A stretch of 64,000 nucleotides of DNA. Origin: Lama glama. Taxonomy: Eukaryota. Of the stretch, positions 1-13,099 are shown piece by piece. Where the stretch lies: positions 61,382,001 to 61,446,000 of the forward strand of contig CM052816.1 in assembly GCA_028534125.1 (NCBI GenBank), written 5' to 3'. The position numbers and the translations under genes are program-made. The notes under the pieces are model-generated. The model saw only the letters and a list, made by a program, of their open reading frames with translations, was not told the origin of the DNA and searched no databases. The stretch's first letter is position 1, and the number at the start of each line of letters is the position of its first letter.

Positions 1-229
1 AGTGCGTCTCAAGCTTTTTACAAGAACAAAATATTTTTAAAGTGGCAATCTGAGTAAATATTTCATTATATGAGCTATGAAAAATTTTTCCAGTAAGAAA
101 TAACATTTTATGTGTACCTAATAAAACAGTCCAATGATGGCCAAAGTTGCTATAATAAGTTGCTAAATGAAACACAAGCTGTTTCATAGTTTTTTCTAAT
201 TACTAAATAGCAGACTCAAAGTTGTGTCC

Positions 230-666
230 AACAAGCTACTTTTGCCTTTTTAGTAAAAGAATTCCCATTTTTGTATGGGAATATTGACATCCAGCTATAA
301 GAAGACCTTCTCTACAGTTACATGTGACCATGTGCCAATGAGATAAAAGTGGAAGTATTGTATAACAGTCAAGAAGTCTCCTTGAAGAGATGTGCCCTTC
401 TTCCTTTCCTCAACCTACAGCTTGGAACCGGGAGATGAGCACTGTAATTCTAATAACTGCTAAGGACAAAGATGAAGTCCATACACTAGTGATGTTAGGG
501 CAGAAAGCTGGAGAGAGCCTACGTCCCTTTGGAGCCTCCACACCAACCTTAGATTGTCTATTTTAGGACTTTTACTCATGAGAGAAGTATACCTCTATCT
601 TTTTAATGTTACTGTCATTTTGGATTTTTCTATAATATGTAGCTAAATTTAATTCTATCTGATACA
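230..666. mobile_element. Ancient MaLR (MLT1-like) solo LTR
   Basis: Resembles MLT1J/K-type LTR text as recalled (catgtgaccatgtgccaatgagataaaagtggaagt ... tgtagctaaatttaattctatctgataca). Confidence 0.55.
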
Positions 667-1209
667 CATTCTTTTTTTGCTGTTTGTTAGTTCACTTGTT
701 GAACAAATATTTATTGAAAACAAAATAGGTCACAAAGCACAGGGACAAAAAGAAGAGTAGCACATAGTTTCTGTCCCTGAGAAACCATCAGTTTAATTAA
801 AGGTAGTGCCACATAACTAAGAAAAATGTCTTTCTGGAAATGTCTACAGAAGCCCAATGTCCAAAGGACATATTAAAGGGGATGTTTCCATTTCTAGAAA
901 TTTAAATATATTACTAAACCCCTGTCCTTTTAGACAAAATCTTCTATGGCATTTTTCTAACATTTCATATGTGTTTTTAAATTACAATTCTTTTCTTCAA
1001 GCTGAATACACTACTGACTGGCTTAACTACAATAAGCATCTAATTGTCTCAACTGTAATTGCGTTTATAAGCTCTTTGTCTCCTAATGCTAATAACAGCA
1101 CTTTAACATTTTGGGATTTTTTTCCATTTCCTCCACTCTTTTCCATAAAAAAGGACATGGAAAAATACTGTAATACAATAAAATAATTAAGAGCATTAAC
1201 ATCGTAATA

Positions 1210-1940
1210 TTCATTCATTCATTCAATACTTACTTAGCACCTACTATATACAAAGCAATGGAGCAAAATATGCAGTCCTTGTTTACATGCTCAGTTTTAA
1301 CAGTGGAGAGAAACATTAATCAGATAATCTCATGAACAAATATACAATTATAGAATGTAGCAAATGTATTGAGGAAACAATTTCTATGGAAGATTTAAAA
1401 GGAAGACCTAGAAGTAAAAAAGGTAAGGCACTTCAAAGGTGTTAATGTACAATGTTCAAAAAAGTATCTTCTTCAAATTCGGATACATAAAATTTGAAGG
1501 CTACCTATAAATTCAGTGTGATAAACATACCTCAGAATTATGATCAGTGTGCTTTAGAAACCCAGCTAGACTGGAGAAATCACAGGCTTCCCAGATGAGG
1601 GGTGATAGCTGAGCAGTGCTAAAGGTTGAATAGTTAGCCAAGTGAAATGGGTGAGGGAAGTTACTCCAGGCAGAGACACCATGATACTCACCTCGGCATC
1701 CACAGGAGAAAAAAGAGCATACCCCATTCTCAAGTGTTTTAGTATGACAGGAGCACAGAGTAAGGAGTAAGGGTTTGGGAGAGAGAAGTAATGGAACAGT
1801 GCTGAGAGATGTAAGGAGAGATCCTATCAAGAAGGGAGGGCCTTGTATGCTATGTTTGGGAGTTTGGAGTTGTTTTGAAAATAGTAAGAAACCACTTTAG
1901 AATTATAAGCAGGGAAAGTAATAAAGATTTGAGCTTTCAG
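1210..1940 (-). mobile_element. L2 LINE fragment
   Basis: (TTCA)n tail followed by cttagcacctactat, the reverse complement of the L2 3' end; purine-rich body. Confidence 0.65.
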
Positions 1941-2675
1941 AAAAGTCACATGTTAATGGTCTTAAACGTTTAAGGAAAACATTTCAAAGAACTTGAAAGA
2001 TAAAATCTAATCTATCCCTTTCACCACTCTTTCTATTCGATAAAATTCTGTCACTATTTCACGCCAGTGGCAAAGTGCTGCGGGCCATGGTATCCCATAA
2101 GTATGGTTTGAATACCACAGATCTCGGTTTTTAGATGAGAAACTTGTGATTCAGGAAACTTATATAATTTTCCCTAGGTCAGAAAACTCATCAGTGTAAC
2201 AGTCAGTATTGAAATGATTTTTACCTATTCTTTACGATTCTAAATAGGCACCGCCTACCCCGGCGGCCCAACACACTAACACCACTCTTGAACTAAAAGC
2301 CTTAAACAGAAGCAGTATTCTTTTCCACATCTACTGAACGGAGTTAGAAATTCCAACCTCTATAGTTGCTGTACGGATTAAGTGCGAGGCGCCAAACGCG
2401 TTAAGTATCGGCGTAAGTTACCTTTAGTGTCTGTTATAAGAAATCAGCGATTAATAGTGTTAGATACCATCTAAGAGACGCTTTACTCCGACCAAATCAC
2501 TATTTCGGGAGGATCTACAAGTACCGAACGGCCAGAAGTGACAAGAGGACCCTCTGTTCCGAGGGCACAAATCCTCACAATCACACACCCTCCGCTCTGG
2601 GGTCCGGCTTGAACTCTATCAGTACTAGGGGGACGCAGCATTCCAACTCTCCCCTGTGCCTATCTCTGTAGCTAC

Positions 2676-2865
2676 CTTTCCTCTTCTTAGCCAACGTTGC
2701 CTCTACAGGTAAAGGCCCAACCCAGCGCTCTTCATTTTCCTCGTCGTTCTCTTGGGCCACCGCCACTGCCAGCTCTCTTTCGCCAAGTTCCGTTTTTTCC
2801 GGTTCCTCCGCATCCCGGCGCCTTCTCCTTCTCTGCTGAGAATCACTACCACCCTCGGCGGCCAT
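2676..2865 (-). CDS. PPWD1: PPWD1 coding exon 1 (peptidylprolyl isomerase domain and WD repeat-containing protein 1); the rest of the gene lies left of the window
   Basis: Translates [63 protein letters not shown], matching the PPWD1 N-terminus as recalled. 190 nt, phase-1 donor AAAG|GTAGCT at 2676/2675. The ORF-track tail (GSYRD...) is intron read-through. Confidence 0.95.
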
Positions 2866-3150
2866 GTTGTCCGCATCGTCAGAAAAAGCGCGACCCTTAC
2901 AGCTGGGCTACCAATCCTGAAGCAGTGGCGCAGCCTGTTCGTCAGCGGCCGAGCGAGTTCCGGGATTGGCTGGGGTTGGTGGGAGCAGATCCAATCAGCA
3001 AGCAGCGCGCGCGTTCCTGGGCGGTGGAGCCGCGTCTCGCGTAGGCTGAGGCGACCTGAGGTCCGTGCGGCTGTGGTGGTAAGCGGTGGGCAGGGGAGAG
3101 GCCTAACGGTTGAAATTTGCGGTCAGGGTTGGCAGCTCCCGAGGTATGGA
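2700..3150. promoter_or_regulatory. CpG-rich bidirectional promoter of PPWD1 and CENPK
   Basis: Local CpG enrichment against a CpG-depleted background. CCAAT boxes at 2911-2915, 2965-2969 (ATTGG) and 2991-2995. GCGCGCGCG near 3005. YY1-like AACATGGCCGCC over the PPWD1 ATG. Genes are head-to-head. Confidence 0.85.
3020..3078 (+). other. CENPK: CENPK non-coding exon 1 (start approximate)
   Basis: Strong donor GTG|GTAAGC at 3078/3079 just downstream of the CCAAT cluster. An alternative donor GAG|GTATGG lies at 3143/3144. The TSS cannot be determined from sequence. Confidence 0.55.
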
Positions 3151-3532
3151 GGGGGCTGACCTCGGAGGAACTGGATGCCAGACGTCCAGCCAGGTCTTGA
3201 GTCCCTCTCTTCTCCTACTGTAGAACCCCGGCCTGTTCGGGGAGAAAGAAGGGTGGGGAATTGAAAGAACTGCTTAACTTGGCGGGCCTCCTTTCAGGTG
3301 CTCCAAACATGTCTTTTTTTCCTGAGCTTCTTGGTTGTTTCACACTCTGAAGAAAGTGTGCCCGCTTGTTACTGTTTGGCGGGGGGAGGGGCGAGGCAGA
3401 AAACGCCTGGTAACCTAAGTGGCCGGGGCAGGACCATTCTCCCTTTTGCCTTCACCCTGGTCTAGATTTCAATCTCTTAATGTCCATTTGGACTTAAGCT
3501 CTCGTCTTTAAAAACATTTTTTAAAATTGTGG

Positions 3533-3533
3533 T

Positions 3534-3564
<31 letters not shown>

Positions 3565-3569
3565 CACAC
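3533..3569. repeat. (GCAC)n(AC)n microsatellite
   Basis: Seen directly. Confidence 0.9.
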
Positions 3570-3587
3570 CAAAATTTTCCATCTTAA

Positions 3588-5026
3588 AAAAAAAACAGAT
3601 TTAATTGACGTTATATTAGTTTCAGGTGTACAGCATAATTTAGTATTAGTACTGGGAAATGATCACCACCGTAAGTCTGACATCCATTACTTTACATAGC
3701 TACAGAATTCTTTTTCTGTGTGTGAGAACTTTTAAGACCTACACTCTTAGCAGCTTTGAAATATGCAATACACTATTATTAACTATAGTTACCTTGCTGA
3801 ACATTATATTCCCATGATTTATTTATTTGATAACTGTAAGTTTGTACTTTTCAGCTCTCTTCACCCATTCCCACCCCGCCTCCTGCCCCCTTTTCTGGCA
3901 ACTATCAAACTGTTCTATAGGCTTAGTTTTTATTTTTTCTTTGTTTTTATTTTTAGATTGCACATAGAAGTGAAATTATGTGGTATATCTTTCTCTCTCT
4001 GACATTTCACCTAGCACAATGCCCTCAAGGTCTATCCCTGTTGTTGCAACTGGCAAGATTTCATTCTTTTTTACTGCTGAATAATATTTATCCATCTATG
4101 TATTTTACATATTCTTTATTCATCAGAGGATGGTCACTTAAGTTGTTTCCGTATCTTGGCTATTATAAATAATGCTGCAGTGAACATGGGGCTGCATATA
4201 TCTTTTTGAATTAGTTTTCATTTTCTTTGGCTAAATAACCCAGAAGTGAAATTGCTGAATCATTTGGTAGTTCTATTTTAAACTTTTTGCAGAACCCCAT
4301 ATTATTTTCCGTAGTGGCTTTATCAGTTTACATTCCCACCAATAATGCACAAGGGTTCCTTTTTTTCTACGCCCTGTCAACACTTGTTTCTTATCTTTTG
4401 GATAATAGCCATTCTAACAGGTGTGAGGTGATACCTCATTGTGGTTTTGATTTGTATTTACCTGATGATATTGTACACCTTTGCTTGTAACTGTTGGCCA
4501 TCTGTATGTCTTCTTTGGAACGATGTCTATTTAGATTATTTTTCATCTTTAAATCATAATGTCTTTGGTATTGAGTTGCATGAGTTCTTAATGTATTTTG
4601 AATATTAGCCTCATTTCAGATACATGATTTTCAAGTATTTTCTCCCATTCAGTATGTTGCCTTTTCATTTTGTTGATGGTGCCCTTTGCTGTGAAGAAGC
4701 TTTATAGTTTGATACAGTCCCAGTTGTTTATTTTTGCTTTTGTTGCCAAACCCCCAAAAATCATCACCAAGACTGATGTCAGGGAGCTTATCAGTTATGT
4801 TTTCTTCTAGGAGTCCTATGGTTTTAGAGCCTACATTCAAATCTTTAAACCAATTTGAGTTAATTTTTGTTTTGCATGTGCTCTCCAGTTTTCCCAACAT
4901 CGTTTTTTGAAGAGCCTCTCCTTTCCCCATCATATCGTATATTCTTGGCTCCTGTGTTGTAAATTAACTGACCATATGTGTGAGTTTATTTCTGGGCTCC
5001 CTATTCTGTTCTGTTGATCTATGTGT
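3588..5026 (-). mobile_element. 5'-truncated L1 (3'UTR and ORF2 C-terminal remnants)
   Basis: ORF-track 4649..4933(-) gives L1 ORF2-like text ([22 protein letters not shown]). Imperfect 17-bp flanking duplication aaaattttccatcttaa (3571) / aaaatttaccattttaa (5027). Confidence 0.9.
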
Positions 5027-7699
5027 AAAATTTACCATTTTAATTTCTTCTTTTTATTCATTACATGTAACTTGTAAAATGCCCTTCCTAAAATGATGCT
5101 TTCAAAAGCCTTCTGGTTCCCTATTTCAAACCAGTAAATCTCTACTTTAGTTTTGAGGTAGACACCAGATACAAGGAAAGAACTGCCCATAGGAAGCACT
5201 TGTTAAAGGTTTTTATTTTTTCCTAAATTTTAAAGACTCCCATTTTTGACTTACCCTACCTACTCAGTTTCTTTTGTGTCTCACAAATTTTCCATGCTCA
5301 TACTTGCCTCCAGGCTTATTTTTAAAGCCTTGAGAGCATCTCCACAGCAAATGCAGCTTTCACTTTTACAGCTTCTCATCTGTTGGAGCCTATGGCAACA
5401 TCATGAGGGATAGCATTGTTATCAAACAATGATAATAATGATCATTATCATTTCTAGGGAGCTGGTACTGTGTACCAAGCACTGTACTAAGCCATTTGTT
5501 CTTCCAGGTAGCATTCTCTCACCTTCTCTATCCTCAATTCTGAAAGCACTTGTAGTTATGTTGTAAAATTTACCACATGATAGCACTTCCAACTACCTGA
5601 AATCCTGTCGGCTATTTAGTTGTGCATTTGTTTATATTGTCTCTTCTCAGTGAGAATGTAAGCTCCATGAGGACAGAGACTTTTTCACCTACACTGCTAT
5701 AGCCATAGTGTCTGACAAATGGCACACATTAAGAATGAATACAGCTTAGAATTACATGGGTACTTTCTATTACTTTATTTCATATATATTAGTCTTTTTC
5801 CAGTAATAGTATGAGGTTCTTTAATTAGTGTTAGATCTTTTAAGTTTGTATGCCATAGTATCCCTAAATATAGCAACAATATTGTTCTTCAGTAAGTGGC
5901 TGGAAATTGAAATACTAACTGAGGGCCTCAAAAGATTGACTTGTTCTCTTTCCGGAAAAGTAGTTTAAAGGGAAGGGGTAAATTTGAATCCTGAAATGTT
6001 TTTGTTTATTTATGTTCTCATACTCCACTGAGCTGCATTTCAGCTAACTTGTTGAATATATTTCCACATGCACATACAAAGTTTCAAGTTACTTTTGTGT
6101 ACTGATAATGTATTTTATTGGTTAGTATTCTACAAAGTGGGGAAAGATCAATTTGCACTTAAATTCTAAACTAAGATATATTTAAAACAAATATTTATGA
6201 TTAACTTTTTTGCTTAAAAATATTTTGAAATTATTCATGACTGTTTATGGCTTTGTGAACTTCACTATATCTTTTGTGTACAGCAAGTAAGATGTTTAGT
6301 GTTAACATTTTGTATAATAAGTTTAACAACTGATGGGGCATGCCTTCCCATCTTATTCTTCGTGGGGATCTTGGCTGTTTTTTGCCCTTTGCACTTCTGT
6401 ATAAATTTTAGAATTAGCTTGTCAAGTACCACAAAAACAAATAAAAACTTTTAGAATTTTGAAATAGATTCAATAGATTAACTTGGAGGGAATTAACATC
6501 TGTACAATATTGAGTCCTCTAATATATGACATAGCTCTCTTTTTATGACTTCTTTAAAACCTCTCTGTTGATAAATAGTTGATTATTAAGCAATATAAAA
6601 CTTAAGTTCCATATAAAAAAAATTTCAGGGAGTAGGTTTTTCTGGTTTGCATTTCGTGTTGTGGGATAGATGTCCTCATTGTTTTTTATTTGCTCTATTC
6701 ATCTCTTAAAATTACCCAACTTTGAATCTTACGCCACCAAACTCTATCACCTGTCATTCCTCCTTGCAGCAGTTATCTATCTAACAAGATTGTCGTGCTT
6801 CTTCATTCCTTGAAGATTTTTAGCTCCTGACTCACTGTCACCCTCTGTCACACTATTATTGTAAATCTTGATTTTAATATCCATGTCTTTCTGGTAATGT
6901 GGCCTCTCTTTTTCTTGACCTCCTTTCCTCCAGTGATTATATTCTCCATCTTATCTTAGCTAGTTGGTCCTATAATCATACCTGAGAGACTTTGTCATTC
7001 TTTCACTTTGTCTCTGTCTGCACCTATGCTCCTACACTGTAGAGGAAATACACATCCATGTTCTAGTTTCACTTTAAATTCATGGCAACTACTCTCAATT
7101 GGGCCTTTAATGCTACGCAGTAATCCTATTGTTTCACTCTCTCCCACTCTCATACATCTATTTTATCCACTTTTATTTTCTGTTCTTAAAACTCCAGTGC
7201 TTTTTCCCCACCCTCATTCGTAGCTGATGGCTTTAGTTACCATTTCATTTAAAAAAAAAGAGAAGCAATCCAAGCAGAACTTCCACAAGTTGCTACCAAC
7301 ACATGTACTCACCTACCTGTATCTGTGCCCCTAATATTCTGTCTACCTTCTGTTAACTGTATATACATCTGTCTTAAACCAAGCCCTCTACTTGTGTACT
7401 ACATCCAATTCTTCTCCTTCCTCTTCTTTATCTCCTGCATCAGCATTATTTCCTTTTCTTAGTGTTTCATATTAAATGCTGTATTTTCCTCCATCTTAAA
7501 AAAAAAAAAAAACTCTTGTCCCAATATCTCCCTCCAGCTGGTGACTAATTTCTCCTTTATGGAAAAAATTTTGAAAATGTTATATACTGGATTGCCATAG
7601 TTCCTTGCCTTCTAGTCTCTCTTAAATCAACTCCAGTCAGGCTTCACTTCCACCATTCTACTGAAACTACTTTATAAAGGTTAAGAATAGCCTTCACTT

Positions 7700-8250
7700 T
7701 TGTGTATTTACTTTAATGAAATTGTGTGACAAATTTCTATAAAACATTGAGGTATAAAACAACCATTTATTATGCTCAGTGATTCTTTGCATCAAGAATT
7801 CAGGCAGGACACACATTGTGTCTCTGCTTCACGATGTCTGGGTCCTTGTCTAGAAGACTCAAAGCCTGTGGGCTGAATCATTGGAAAACTTCACGTGCGT
7901 GTCTGGTGGTTGATGCTATCTTTTGTCTGGGAACCTCAGTTCCTTTCTGTGTGGGCTTCTCCACTTGGAGAAGGGCTAAATGTTAGTTAGCCCTAACATC
8001 TGTGCTAATTTGGGCTTCCTCACAGCATGGTGGGTGGGTTGCAAGGGTGAGTATTCTGAGAGAGAGAGAGACAGATGTAAGCCTTTTATTACTTAGTCTT
8101 GGAAGTCATGTGACATCACTTCCATTGTATTCTATTCATAAAAGTAGTCAGAAACTCATTCTCAGATTCAAGGCTAACAGGCTCTGCCTCTGAATAAGGA
8201 ATGACAACCTGAACTATTGTTGTGACTATTTTTGGAAAATACAGTCCCCT
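7700..8250. mobile_element. MaLR (MLT1-like) solo LTR inserted in L2
   Basis: aaaacaaccatttattatgctcagtgattct ... gggcttcctcacagcatgg ... cttggaagtcatgtgacatcacttccattg motifs. Confidence 0.7.
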
Positions 8251-8579
8251 ATCCATATTGTCAAGTAAATTGTCAATTCTCTGTATTTATCTTATTGACC
8301 TACTTATCACTAGTATTTGATAGTTCATTATTCCTTCCTTGGACACTTGTCTTGGACTTCAGGCTATCACAGTTTTGTTTTTCCTCTTACCTTACTGGTC
8401 ATTCCTCACATTATTTAGGTAGTTCTTACTCATCTCCTTAATCTCTCCAGGTCTGGAACTCTTTTCATTTCTATCTGTACACTCTTTCTTTTCTGATCTC
8501 ACCCAGCCTCATGGCTTTAAGTATCTGGATGGGAATAACTCTCAAATTCTAGCTTGAAACTTTCCCATGAACTTCAAAC

Positions 8580-8610
<31 letters not shown>

Positions 8611-8658
8611 TACATGCGTGTGCGCATACACACACAAACACACACACACACACACACA
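8580..8658. repeat. (TA)n(CA)n compound microsatellite
   Basis: Seen directly. Confidence 0.9.
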
Positions 8659-9677
8659 GTTACCTAATTAGCAGCTCCACTAATAGACACCTTAAATTTA
8701 GCATGTCCTAAACTGAATTCTTCATCAGCACTCCCTCATGTCTTGTTGAATCTATTTTCTTCTGCCATCTTCCTCATCTCAGTAATTGGCATCTTCATTT
8801 TTCTAATTGCTTAGGCCTAAGCTTTTAAAATAATAATCGATTCATCTTTTTCTTTGACACTTTGTATACAGACTGTTAGGAAATCATGGTGACTGTATCT
8901 TAATATATTTACACTTTGACATTTTGTACCACCTCAGTGTTATTCTGGTTCCCATCTTACCTGGATCATTGCAGTAGCTTTCTAACTGGTTTTCTTGCCT
9001 CTCTCTTTACTGGCTATAGTCAACCAGAATTATGTTAAAGTGTAATTCAAATCATGTCATTTCTCTGTTCAAAACCCTCTAATCACTTAACATCTCAGCC
9101 TCAGTTCTTAAAATGGCCTGTGAAGCCCACATGATCTCATCCCTATTGTCTCTCTGACCTCATCTTGTATTCTCTGACTTTCTTAGTCTGCCCTGATCAC
9201 AGTGGCAACTTTACTGCTTTAGGAATACAGCAGTCATATTCCTACCTCAAGGCCTTTGTACTTGCAGTTCCCTCACCAGCATCTCTTTCCCTAAATATCC
9301 ATGTCTTACTTTTCTCTCTCCTTCATGTTTTTGCTTAGTTGTCAACTTCTCATTGACCTTATATGACCACCTTATGTAAAATTACATTGCCCTTGTCTCA
9401 GCACTCCCTATGTTTTTCTTCCCTGCCTTGCTTTTCTTCACAATACTTATAAATTATTTGATTTACAATGGTATATATATTTTAATCTTTTTAATTTATT
9501 GTTTTTCTCAACTAGACTGTAAACTCAGTGGTAGGAGGGGTTTTTGTCCACTTTGTTCACTGTTACATTTTTAGCTCCCAGGTGAGTATCTGGCAGGTCA
9601 TGGGTATTCAACAAATACTGTTAAATGAACAATTTTTACTTTAGGTTTTCTTATAAGGTTGAGAAAATCACAAGCAC

Positions 9678-9794
9678 ATGTCATTGAATCAGCAAGATCT
9701 AGATCCAGATAGTACTACAGATATGGAAGATGTTACAGATGCTGAAGAGGAACTTATTAAAAAATGTGAAGAAATGTGGAAAGATATGGAAGAA
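9678..9794 (+). CDS. CENPK: CENPK first coding exon (centromere protein K)
   Basis: MSLNQQDLDPDSTTDMEDVTDAEEELIKKCEEMWKDMEE. Acceptor tttag| at 9644 (exon probably starts 9645); donor GAA|GTAAGT. Confidence 0.93.
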
Positions 9795-10645
9795 GTAAGT
9801 ATCAAGAGATGAAAGTGATATATTAATTACTATAAAAATTAATTCCATTTCAATAATAGACTTAGGAAAGAAATAATAGTGCTGGTTCTTGAAAGCCATT
9901 AGATTATGATATATATTTATATAGTTTTTAGACCTATATGCTTTCATTCAAGAAACATTATAGTAGGTAAGCTGTAGAAAGAGAAAAAATTATGGCAATC
10001 CTTGCCCTCAAGGAGATTATCATCTAAGGAGGCAATAGCAATTATATTAGAAGTATTGTGTTAAAGTGCAAAGAATATGTGTACTTAGGAGAAGTACCAA
10101 GCCTAGACTGAGAGTCAAAGATAGCTTTCTAAAAGCTATCTAAATGACTCAATTCATTTCTAAGGGATAAATAGGAGTTAGCCTGTGAAAATGAGGGAAT
10201 ACAAAGCAGAAAGGACAAAATATATAATGGTTGGAAGAGGTTAGAGAACTCTAAGTAGAATAGTTTGATTTATGTAAATTAGGACTCATTTTGTTGAGTG
10301 GATATTATGGTAAATTAGTAAAGAATTATAAACATGAAGATATATGATGAGGTTTGGGAAAATCACTCTGGTGATTTTGGAAAAGATGGAATATGGAAGA
10401 GTGAGACTACAGGTAGAGCCTTCAGGAGGCTCTAGTAGTAGTCCTGGTCAGAAGTACTGAAAGGCTCAATACTGTCATTGCAAATAGAAGAATAGATTCA
10501 AGAGATATTAAGGAAGTTGGACCAAAAGGACTTGAAAGTTAATTGTTGTGAACTGAGGAGGGGGAATTACAGATAGTTTTAGGTTCCTGGTTTGGGCCAC
10601 TGAGTGGTCAGTAGGGTTATTTCCTAAGATAGAGAACACAGAGGT

Positions 10646-10780
10646 GGGGACGGTATAGCTCAGCAGTAGAGTGCCTGCTTAGCATGCACAAGGTCCTGGG
10701 TTCCCAATAAAATAAATAAAATAAATTTAATTACCTCTATCAACAAAAACTAAAACAAATTAAAATATATATATAGAAAG
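10646..10780 (+). mobile_element. tRNA-derived SINE (Vic-1-like), internally deleted
   Basis: ggggacggtatagctcagcagtagagtgcctgcttagcatgcacaaggtcctgggttc + (AATA)n; flanking gagaacaca repeats at 10632 and 10783. Confidence 0.85.
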
Positions 10781-11664
10781 GGGAGAACACATACTTAGGG
10801 AGTTTAAGTGGAAGTATGATTTAATTTAGAAAATGTTGTGTTTGAAAGGTGTGTACATTTTCTAAGTTAATGAGATAGAGTCACTTCTGGTACACTGTAT
10901 GCTGGTAAAAATTTGTTGTGCTTAAAATAGTGTAATGTATGATATAGGCCATAGACATTTTTTGGATCATATTCTTCCCAGTAAAGTTAAGGCAGGTTAG
11001 TGGGTTTTTTTCCTTTTTTTAAAATTATTTTTTAACATATAGCCTTGGTACACTGGATCATGACTGTATTTTGAAAATACTTTATATAATCTTGTTTTTT
11101 TACTTTTGAAAATTTTTTTAATACAGAAATTTAAATTTAAAGGTAACAAATTTTACTGCAACTAAAAATAAACACAAAATTTAAATTGTCCATATTTTTA
11201 CACAGATATAAATCACTATTAACAATTGTGGGTTTTTTTTTAATGGAGGAGAAGCAATGTGTCCTGAAGGCTTTATTTTCTTGTGATCTTAACTATCTTC
11301 TTACCGCTTTTCTTATTTTTCTATAGTGCTTTCTCTCTTGTTTTTTTTATATTTCCCATTTTTCCATTGTATAGTTTCTAATTCACTCAAGTTGTTAGTT
11401 TTTTTTTTTTTCAATGCTCATTTTTTCATTCTGTATTGAGTCTGGTATCTACTTTTACTTTTGATGTATTCACCTTGTTTGGCTGCCTTCCTGATCTTCT
11501 TGCTTAGGAAGTGAGGAATTTAAACAAACTCTTCTCTTACATCAGATATTTGTGTATTGTTTTAGTGGAATATTACACTGACTGATATAAAAGGACAGGG
11601 AAAGGAAAAATTGTCTGTGGGTTATATAGTGTGTGACTTGTTTTTCTTTACTTTTTAAATCAAG

Positions 11665-11721
11665 TGTCAGAATAAATTATCACTTGTTGGAACTGAGACA
11701 CTCACTGATTCAAATGCTCAG
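11665..11721 (+). CDS. CENPK: CENPK coding exon 2
   Basis: CQNKLSLVGTETLTDSNAQ; caag| acceptor, CAG|GTATGA donor; 57 nt. Confidence 0.95.
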
Positions 11722-13099
11722 GTATGAATCCTTTTGTTCTTCCTAAAAAATACGTAAGTGGAATTCATTGTGTTTAGATAAGAACTGTGTCCATCTATAT
11801 TTATCCCAAGTATAATAGCTTTGTTAATACCTGTATGCCTAATGATTTGGAAGATTTTCTACTCTTTCTGATTTAAGAGAAGTATTCTAAAAATTTTTGA
11901 ATAAGATGTTATAAATAAATAAGGTAATATTTTCTTTATTGTTTATCTAACAACCGTATACATTTAACTTTGAGTGAATTGCTCATTGGCTGCTATTATG
12001 GTACCTTGTTAAAAATTAGAATGAAGACCATCCTACTTTATGTTAGATGCAGTAGCCAGTTATTTTACTGTCCATGTGGAATCTTAACTAGTTTTACCCT
12101 AAGCTTAAAAAAAGGATTAAGATATTCACTTTAATAATCAAAGACCTATGGAATTAGTTTTGGAATATACTAGTGGATCAGTGCAACAGATTAAGAATTT
12201 AGAATATGACAAGGGTGATAATTCAATCTTTGCGAAAGGGATGAATTAGTTGATAAGTGGTGGTGGTACACCTAGGTATCCTTCTGGGAGAAAATAAAAT
12301 TAGACTTCTCCCTTTCATTATATAAACGTAAGTTCTAGATAGATTGCTGTAAAAATCTTATAACAAAAGCTTGAGACTATTTATGCAATCTAGGTAGGTA
12401 CAGGGGAAAACGTCTTGGCTAATAATAGAAAACTAGATATTGTAAAAGTAAACTTAGATGTATTTGACCAAATAGATTAAAATGTTTTCGTGACTAAACG
12501 TCTAAGAACAGAGTACAAATAATTCCCATGAAAGTTCTCCAAAACTGGTAGGAGCATGTCAGAAGACAAAGGAACCAATTAAAGGGACTCTTGCAGTCCA
12601 AATTTGGTATCCTTTGAGCATCAAAAGAAATAATGGCTTCAATTGATTATAATGATATGAAAACATAAAAATATATGAGTGTAATAATAGTAATAAATGA
12701 GAATGAGAGAGAAAGAGAAAGAAATGGGGGAAAAACCTACTTTGTCACTTTTGGAAGTGCCTATTACACCAGATCTTCAAAAATTGGTGATAAAAAATTA
12801 AGCTAGCTTTTGTAAAAAGAAAAAATTGTATCTATCGATTAATAAAGTGTTCTGTTATACCAGGTAAAACTAAATATTGTATTTGGAAAAACATACAACA
12901 TATTAATTATCATCTGGTTTCCTTCGGAAATGTCATTCTTGTAGAAATTGAGACCTACTGAATCAGAATTAGAGGGATGAAGCCTGTAAGTTTCCTGAAT
13001 AATTTTCAGGCAGTAAGCCAAACACTGGTTTTGACTCTATCGCCTTACGTAGTTGTGAATAATCAGTATCCTGAGATAGTCAATAATAACATTATCTAA

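Larger units (their letters stand above)
6700..9630 (+). mobile_element. Long degenerate L2 LINE, interrupted by an MLT1 LTR and a microsatellite
   Basis: Pyrimidine-rich L2 ORF2-like text; 3' tail ttcaacaaatactgttaaatgaa at about 9607-9629. Confidence 0.75.

Noticed and set aside
2697..3159. Plus-strand ORFs of 115 and 135 aa
   Set aside because: Stop-poor by-product of the GC-rich promoter and antisense to PPWD1 exon 1; no recognisable protein.
5327..5410. Possible extra non-coding CENPK exon in repeat-poor intron sequence
   Set aside because: An AG acceptor is plausible but I found no convincing GT donor; needs RNA-seq.
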